Assembly: GCA_029856045.1 (NCBI GenBank)
Contig: JAHQWG010000048.1
Span: forward strand, 1-64,000
Origin: Promethearchaeia archaeon
GTDB taxonomy: Archaea > Asgardarchaeota > Lokiarchaeia > Sigyniarchaeales > SOKP01
Direction: 5' to 3'
Length of the DNA: 64,000 nucleotides
Shown: positions 57,971 through 64,000 of the stretch, in pieces
Position numbering within the stretch: the first letter of the stretch is position 1
Layout: every line of letters begins with the position of its first letter
Program-made: the position numbers and the translations under genes
Notes under the pieces: model-generated
Told to the model about the DNA's origin: nothing
The model's input: only the letters and a program-made list of their open reading frames with translations
Databases searched by the model: none

Positions 57971-59551
57971 ATGTCTAAACAAGAAGATATAATTGCTGGA
58001 AAGTTAATTGGTAAAACAACAACACACACGGTTAATTTGTTAATTGTGGATAAAAATGTAGGACGAAATGATCATTTGGTAATTTATACTGATTCTGATA
58101 GTAATGAAGACAAAAATTATTATTTATTTAAGATAATTGATATCTGGAATGATAAACAAGGATTAATGGCAACACTAAAAGTTCTCGGCCATATGCCGAA
58201 AAGACCCTTTAAGATTGGAACAGAAGTTTATCTTGCTAAAAAGAAGCAAATCATAGAAACTTTAGGGATTGATAATCCCGAAGAAGAATCATTATATTTT
58301 GGGTCACTACTCGGTTATTCTAAATATGATGTGCACTTATTAATAAAAAATTTTGGTAGAATTTTTATTACGGGTAAATCTGGCTCGGGTAAATCATATA
58401 CTATGGGAGTGTTAATTGAAGAATTCCTCAAAAAAGGAATCCCTGTAGTCATTTTTGATCGACATGGTGAATATTCAAGTTTAAAAATTTCTAGAGAAAT
58501 TTCAGAATCTGATGAAGAAATCCCTGCTGAAGATTCAGAACCTGAATATTGGGATATAAGTAAATCTTCAGAACCAATTGAAGAATTAACAAGTATTACT
58601 TCAGATTCCGAAATGGAAATTCCAATTGAAGAATTAGAAAAGGAAAAAATAAATCCCAGTGAATTTGTTGAAAAAATAATAGAATTTGCTGATTTGAATA
58701 TGAATGAGGGAGCGGATGTGGACATAAAATACATTTTTTCTTTAGATGCAACTGATTTAGTATCTTCAAATTTATGTACAATTATAAATTTTAGAGGTTT
58801 ACCATTGGAACTTCAAGAGGTTATTGCCAATGATATTCTTATGAAATTATATAATGCAAGCACCTCAAAACAAATTCAGCCATTCTATCTTTTTATAGAT
58901 GAGGCTCATCTTTTTGCAGGTAAAAAAAAAACAGACACATCTGAAACTGTAAAACTATTTTCTCAAGAAGGAAGGAAATTTGGAGCAAATCTCGTTATCT
59001 CTACTCAAAAACCCCAATTATTAGATGTTACGATAAGAGGTCAGGCAGGAACATGGATAATACATCAATTAACTGATATTAGAGATGTTGATATAACTGT
59101 TTCAAGTGCTGAAGATTTAGGTCCAGAATATAAAGAAGAAATTCAAAGATTAGACCCAGGTGAATGTATAATTTGTGGCGATGCCGTTAAGATAGCACCG
59201 TTATTTCTAAAAATTAGAAAACGAAAAACCGAACATGGAGGTATAGGATTTAATCCTCTCGATTTTCTTTCCAAAGACACTATTGAAGATATAAAGAAGA
59301 AAAGACTAAAAATTTTAGAAGCCAAATCAGAAGGTGAATTGGCAGAAGCGGAAAATCTCTTTCAAAAATATTTTACTGGAAAAGAAATACAAAAATCGGC
59401 TAAAGAAATAGAACTTTTAACAAAAATGATTGAAGAATTAGATGCTGAAGTTAAAATATGGAAAGATAAATATAAAAAACAAAAAGAAAAGGCAAATAAA
59501 GCTACAAAATTAGCAGAAGAAGCTTTAATTGAAGCAAAGAGAAAATCTTAA
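57971..59551 (+). CDS. HerA/DUF87-family ATPase
   Basis: N-terminal HAS-barrel-like region, GKSGSGKS, DRHGEY, FIDEAH, EGRKFG, STQKP, HGG. Confidence 0.9.
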   Translation: MSKQEDIIAGKLIGKTTTHTVNLLIVDKNVGRNDHLVIYTDSDSNEDKNYYLFKIIDIWNDKQGLMATLKVLGHMPKRPFKIGTEVYLAKKKQIIETLGIDNPEEESLYFGSLLGYSKYDVHLLIKNFGRIFITGKSGSGKSYTMGVLIEEFLKKGIPVVIFDRHGEYSSLKISREISESDEEIPAEDSEPEYWDISKSSEPIEELTSITSDSEMEIPIEELEKEKINPSEFVEKIIEFADLNMNEGADVDIKYIFSLDATDLVSSNLCTIINFRGLPLELQEVIANDILMKLYNASTSKQIQPFYLFIDEAHLFAGKKKTDTSETVKLFSQEGRKFGANLVISTQKPQLLDVTIRGQAGTWIIHQLTDIRDVDITVSSAEDLGPEYKEEIQRLDPGECIICGDAVKIAPLFLKIRKRKTEHGGIGFNPLDFLSKDTIEDIKKKRLKILEAKSEGELAEAENLFQKYFTGKEIQKSAKEIELLTKMIEELDAEVKIWKDKYKKQKEKANKATKLAEEALIEAKRKS

Positions 59552-59574
59552 GAATTTAAATGCTTCGATTACAC

Positions 59575-60957
59575 TTATTTTTTTTTAAGTAATTTTTTAA
59601 TCTCTTCAATTTTATTGGTAGCATTTTCTAAATCATACTTCAATTTTTTCATTTGTTTATTGTAATCATTTTGTTTAATTTTTCCGTCTCCTTTCTTTTT
59701 CTTAAGGAAGTTAATTAAATTCTTAACTGAATTTATTTTACTCTCTAATCCTTCTAATTCAGCATTTAATTCTTTTTTAGACTGTTTCTTTTTTGTTGAA
59801 GGCATTCCTTTCGGTCTTGGGGGTAACGGCTTTTCAGTTGATGGTTTTTTAGGTAATTCAGTTAATTCTGATAATTCATTGTCCTCTTCAACGGTTTCCG
59901 CTTCAACTTCTCTTTTTAATTTCTCAAAATCTATTCCAAGATCTGGGGCTTCTTCTAACTGTGGCGGTTGTTGAACCTTTTCTTGCATTTCTTTGATTGC
60001 CTGTAATTCAATGATTTCATCTTCTGATCCGATTACTGAATCTATTAATTTATTTACAACATCACTTAAAGCATTTAATTCATCTAATACTGAATACAGA
60101 GTCTGTATAAGGTCACTTTTTGAGGAGATTTTAATTTCTGACTTTACCGTAATTGGGGAATACATTTGAGAACCAACCTCCCCTTCAGCATCAGAAAGTG
60201 AAGGATGTAAACTTGAACCATAACCCAGTCCAGGTTTTTTGGATGGAATTGTAGAAATCCCTTTTTTCTTCATTGTTAATCGATATTCAGAAATCAACCA
60301 AGTAAATAAATTTAAGGCAAGTTTTTTATGTTGATCATTTTCAATTCCACAGCCAATCTCATCTCTAAATATTTCATAACTACCAATTGCACATACTAAT
60401 CCATTATCAGCTTCTGATACAATTATCAAAGGAACTGAGAAGGGATCTGCATCTTGATCACTCATTGCAATTGGAACAGAACCCCCAATTGTTGTAAGAG
60501 AACAACCCGCACGATAGCAAATTTCATTAATTTCTTCAGTGATTTGATGAGGTGGTGTAAATGTAGAGGCTTTTGGTAAATTTTCCATGCCATAATTATT
60601 AGGTGAAAGCACTTGATCATTTTCAAATGTAATTCCAAACCGTTCCGCTAGAGCGGAAAGGTTAGTTTGACGACCCTTATCACCTCCAGCATGACTTAAT
60701 AATAATAATCCACCACCATCTTCTCTCACCCAATTCTCAATCTCATTTATTTCCTGAGGTGCAATCTTTGCAAAATCAGGACAAGCAAACACCAAAATAT
60801 CGTAAGGTTTTAGAGTTTTATGGGTAATTGGAAATTCTGAAAATTGATATGATTCAAAACCTTGAGAATCCAAGAGTTGTTTTATCGTTTTGTAGTTGAT
60901 ATCAATTCTCCCTCTTGGTTTATGGCTCTCATTCCAAGCTATGAAATTTCCAACCAA
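59575..60957 (-). CDS. GIFT (IFT52/GldG/DUF4350)-like domain with coiled coil, Pro-rich linker and C-terminal hairpin
   Basis: ESH, YDILVFACP....EINEIENWV..GGGLLLLSHAGG...TNLSALAERFGI.F.ND, VCAIGS..IF.D, NLFTWL; no signal peptide or TM. Confidence 0.78.
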   Translation of the reverse strand: MVGNFIAWNESHKPRGRIDINYKTIKQLLDSQGFESYQFSEFPITHKTLKPYDILVFACPDFAKIAPQEINEIENWVREDGGGLLLLSHAGGDKGRQTNLSALAERFGITFENDQVLSPNNYGMENLPKASTFTPPHQITEEINEICYRAGCSLTTIGGSVPIAMSDQDADPFSVPLIIVSEADNGLVCAIGSYEIFRDEIGCGIENDQHKKLALNLFTWLISEYRLTMKKKGISTIPSKKPGLGYGSSLHPSLSDAEGEVGSQMYSPITVKSEIKISSKSDLIQTLYSVLDELNALSDVVNKLIDSVIGSEDEIIELQAIKEMQEKVQQPPQLEEAPDLGIDFEKLKREVEAETVEEDNELSELTELPKKPSTEKPLPPRPKGMPSTKKKQSKKELNAELEGLESKINSVKNLINFLKKKKGDGKIKQNDYNKQMKKLKYDLENATNKIEEIKKLLKKK

Positions 60958-61075
60958 TTGTTAAAAGTCACCTTTTTTCATTAAAAATAAAAATTATATA
61001 AATAATCAATAAATCTTCTTGCTTTAATCTTTATTTTTATTTCATTTAAAATTTTATTTCAATTCTGACGTTTAA

Positions 61076-62200
61076 TTATTTATCATTGTTTAAAACTAGT
61101 TGGCATTTATCGCCAATCATCAAATTATCTTTAGAAAGATTATCAATTTTAACATAACTCCCGATAATTGAATTTTCTGTAATTATATTTGAGAGATAGG
61201 CGCCATCTTCGATTATGCAATTTTTTAAGATACATTTCTTTAATTTACAATTTTTACCAATCGAAACATATGGTCCAATAATAGAATGAGTAATTTCAGT
61301 GTTTTCTTCAATATTTACTGGTGTGTTAATTACGCTATATTTGAAATTTCCATATTGTGTTGGGGATTTTTCATTTATTTGAGCCATATGCTCTAATATA
61401 TAGCGGTTGCCTTTCAAAAGTTCGGTAGTTCTCCCAAAATCCAAAATCCCTTTTTTCAATTCGACTGCAGCGATTTTGTAGTTTTGATCTATCAAATCTT
61501 GAAGTGCTGGAGTCATATAAATTTCACCAGAATCTTCAGATTTGTTGTCCAAATAATTTTTTATGTTGTTAAATAAAGCTTTGGTTGTTTTTCTACTAAA
61601 TGCATAGATTCCTGCGATTGCCAGATCAGAGATAAATTCCTTAGGCTTCTCAACCAAATTCTTGATTATCATATTATCATCAACAGACACAATTCCATAA
61701 GAACTAGCTTCTTCTTTTGGAACTCTCATAACGGTTATTATTCCATCCACATCTGATTCATAATATCGATATAAAATAAATGAATACTCATCAAGTGGAA
61801 TCATATCACCTAAGAAAATCAAACATCCATCTTTTTTTTCATTTATACTTTTTTTATTTAAATCATCTTCTTGAAAATTGAATTGTTTCTTGGCTAGATA
61901 AATAGCTTCGCCGAGACCCCAATAATATGGTACATCTCCATCAAAACCTCTGGGAGTTTGTTCAATAAATGTTAAATTAAAATCCTTTGAGTAATTTTTA
62001 TTTATGTAATCAATTATTTGCTCTTTCTTATAACCAACGATCAATATTAATTCGGTACTCTGATCGAATGTGTCTTTTAATTTATCTAAAATGTGATCTA
62101 AGACAGTCTTTCCTGCAACTTTGATAAAAGCCTTAGGTTTCTTAAAAGTAAAAGGTCTTAAACGCGTTCCTGTGCCTGCTATTGGTCCAATAATTTTCAT
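61076..62200 (-). CDS. Sugar-1-phosphate nucleotidyltransferase (long-form RmlA-like)
   Basis: AGTGTRLRPFT..KPK, FLGD, YGIV, VEKP, AGIY, GEIY.T, C-terminal left-handed beta-helix. Confidence 0.92.
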   Translation of the reverse strand: MKIIGPIAGTGTRLRPFTFKKPKAFIKVAGKTVLDHILDKLKDTFDQSTELILIVGYKKEQIIDYINKNYSKDFNLTFIEQTPRGFDGDVPYYWGLGEAIYLAKKQFNFQEDDLNKKSINEKKDGCLIFLGDMIPLDEYSFILYRYYESDVDGIITVMRVPKEEASSYGIVSVDDNMIIKNLVEKPKEFISDLAIAGIYAFSRKTTKALFNNIKNYLDNKSEDSGEIYMTPALQDLIDQNYKIAAVELKKGILDFGRTTELLKGNRYILEHMAQINEKSPTQYGNFKYSVINTPVNIEENTEITHSIIGPYVSIGKNCKLKKCILKNCIIEDGAYLSNIITENSIIGSYVKIDNLSKDNLMIGDKCQLVLNNDK

Positions 62201-62267
62201 ATTAAGGATACAATTCTTTCTATGCTATTTTTATAAAAAAATCTTTAAAATTTAAAACTATTTTTAT

Positions 62268-63044
62268 TCAATAAAACTCTGATTTATCCGAATCAAAAAT
62301 GCGTTGAAGAGTCCCAAATAAAATGTCTAAACCATCCTCTCTTAACGTTGTGATTGGAATTAATTCAGATGTAGAGCCGAGTTGAGAAAATACTTCGGAT
62401 ATTAAAAGAGATAATTCACGTATTAAACCTTTTTCCCTTTCATTGGTAGCTTCACTTAATTTTTGAAAGTCTGTGCTCCACTCGAGAACCATATCAATTA
62501 AATCATCATCTAATAAATCGATTTTGGAAAGAGCGTTAATTTGTGGAATATTTATAAAACGATATTGAACTGAAGCAGCTAATAGCAGGGTAGAAATAAA
62601 CCCATTCGGTCGTTTTACCATATTGGAATCAAATAAAAAAGTTGTTGATCTCTGAACATCACCGAAACCTAAGGAACTTGCGATAATTGGACCCACTTCC
62701 CTGAAAGCAAATAATTCTAACTGACCTGCAGTGTCAATTAAAACCCAATCAGGTTGATATTGACCGATTTCATACTTAATATCGTCAATAAAATTTATCA
62801 TTAGATCCGAGGCTAAAACCATCCCTCCATTTGGACCTAAATTATACTTCCTCATAACTTCATCTAACGTGATATAATCCCTTATATCAATCTCTGGATT
62901 AAACTTTAAATCTAAAGCTCCCGGATCCAAGTTAATTGCAATTACAGTTATTTCTGAATCTCTCATCGAGATGTAGTGTTTTAACTGAGCAACCAATGTG
63001 GATTTTCCGCTTCCGGCAGGTCCGATTACATAATTAAATAACAT
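62268..63044 (-). CDS. GPN-loop GTPase
   Basis: GPAGSGKST, INLDPG, DIRD, LGPNGG, IDTAGQLELF, LSKIDLL. Confidence 0.95.
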   Translation of the reverse strand: MLFNYVIGPAGSGKSTLVAQLKHYISMRDSEITVIAINLDPGALDLKFNPEIDIRDYITLDEVMRKYNLGPNGGMVLASDLMINFIDDIKYEIGQYQPDWVLIDTAGQLELFAFREVGPIIASSLGFGDVQRSTTFLFDSNMVKRPNGFISTLLLAASVQYRFINIPQINALSKIDLLDDDLIDMVLEWSTDFQKLSEATNEREKGLIRELSLLISEVFSQLGSTSELIPITTLREDGLDILFGTLQRIFDSDKSEFY

Positions 63045-63338
63045 TGGGCTTGAAAATTGTGATTTGCTCTGTAATAAGTAAAATAATCTTTTAAAGATTA
63101 TAAAATCTATTGATACGATTTGTATTTTATTTTTTACTCAATGAAAATTATTCTATATTTAATAAATTCATTAAAAGAAGGATATTATTGAGTCGCTCTA
63201 ATGCAATTAAAGAGAGTAGAGATGAAAAATATTAGAATTATTTGTGAAAAAAAATATAAATGAAAAGAAAATTCTAAAAAAAAGCATTTATATTTGTAAA
63301 ACCTATTATACTTAGGTATAAGAAGGGTTTCTACCGAT

Positions 63339-63494
63339 TTGAGAAATAAACAAACCATATTGAATGATAAAACAGGTTTAAAATTATGCGAAAAGTGTGG
63401 AAGTATATTAGTTAACCGCGTATTAATCTTAAAAAACGGCAGAAAACAGAAAATACATCAGTGCATTGTCTGTAGGCATTGGTATCCCGTTTAA
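63339..63494 (+). CDS. Small Zn-ribbon protein (51 aa, below the ORF-track cutoff)
   Basis: TTG..MRNKQTILNDKTGLKLCEKCGSILVNRVLILKNGRKQKIHQCIVCRHWYPV*; two CxxC pairs. Confidence 0.65.
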   Translation: MRNKQTILNDKTGLKLCEKCGSILVNRVLILKNGRKQKIHQCIVCRHWYPV

Positions 63495-63590
63495 ACTATT
63501 ATATTTTAATTTTAAAATATTTATTATTTCTTAGAAAATTTTAAATTTCTAAGATTTTATTTATTTAATAAAATTATTATTCTTAAATAG

Positions 63591-63854
63591 GTGATAAAAA
63601 TTAATCTTGAATCTACTGTAAGTGATAAAGGATTAACCACAATACCAAAGGAGATCCGAAAAAAACTCAATATTAAAAAGGGAGATAAATTATATTGGAT
63701 TTTTAAAGAACAAGAAAGAACTGAATTAATTGTTATTAAAAAACCACTTAAATTTCTAAAAGGAAGATATGCTCAAAAGGATCTAACTTATGAGAAACTA
63801 GAACACAAAGCTGATGAACTAATTGAAAAAAAGGTGGAAAATAAATCCCGCTAA
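63591..63854 (+). CDS. AbrB/MazE/SpoVT-family antitoxin
   Basis: TVSDKGLTTIPKEIRKKLNIKKGDKL.W. Confidence 0.9.
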   Translation: MIKINLESTVSDKGLTTIPKEIRKKLNIKKGDKLYWIFKEQERTELIVIKKPLKFLKGRYAQKDLTYEKLEHKADELIEKKVENKSR

Positions 63855-64000
63855 TCGAATTAGATTTAATGATTGGATTAGTTTCTAAAACTGATAGATT
63901 TCATGAACTTTCAATAAAGATTTTTGATAAGATTAAAAAAAATTACATTAAAAATGTGTATATTCCATCTAGCGCATATTTAGAATATGAATTACTGCTA
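63845..64000 (+). CDS. PIN-domain (VapC-like) toxin, 5' part, truncated by the window end
   Basis: (ATC)PLIELDLMIGLVSKTDRFHELS..VYIPSSAYLEYELLL; overlaps the antitoxin end; SD AGGTGG at 63832. Confidence 0.75.
   Translation, partial: MPLIELDLMIGLVSKTDRFHELSIKIFDKIKKNYIKNVYIPSSAYLEYELLL

Noticed and set aside
62965-62975. Match of the putative TnpB guide (TACATCTCGAT) inside the GPN GTPase gene
   Set aside because: Only 11 nt and missing the first guide bases; compatible with chance.

Overview
AT-rich archaeal chromosomal window, most consistent with an Asgard archaeon (Lokiarchaeia/Promethearchaeota). The assignment rests on three Ras-superfamily GTPases (two fused to longin/uDENN-like domains), a roadblock protein, a Uba2/Uba3-type E1 with a UBC-type E2, an IFT52-like GIFT protein, a Loki-CTERM surface protein and an intron-containing tRNA-Tyr. 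Bases 1-8.4 kb hold a surface-glycan locus, and more nucleotide-sugar enzymes are scattered downstream. Also present are MNT/HEPN and AbrB/PIN toxin-antitoxin modules, a solo TnpB element and ordinary metabolic genes. Main leads: (i) a 2927-aa protein of 25 MIT/TPR-like helical units on charged helical spacers, arranged in super-repeats; (ii) a ~65-aa C-terminal hairpin resembling the ESCRT-I steadiness box, shared by a longin-Arf-like GTPase and the IFT52-like protein; (iii) recurrent ATT/ATC/CTG starts behind AGGTG-type SD motifs; (iv) an E2 with a Cdc34/Ubc7-length loop and an E1 with a ~78-aa insertion; (v) a TnpB with the rearranged, Fanzor-type RuvC site; (vi) a C2-like gene behind a Rab-like GTPase. 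All family assignments come from motif reading by eye; no searches were run.
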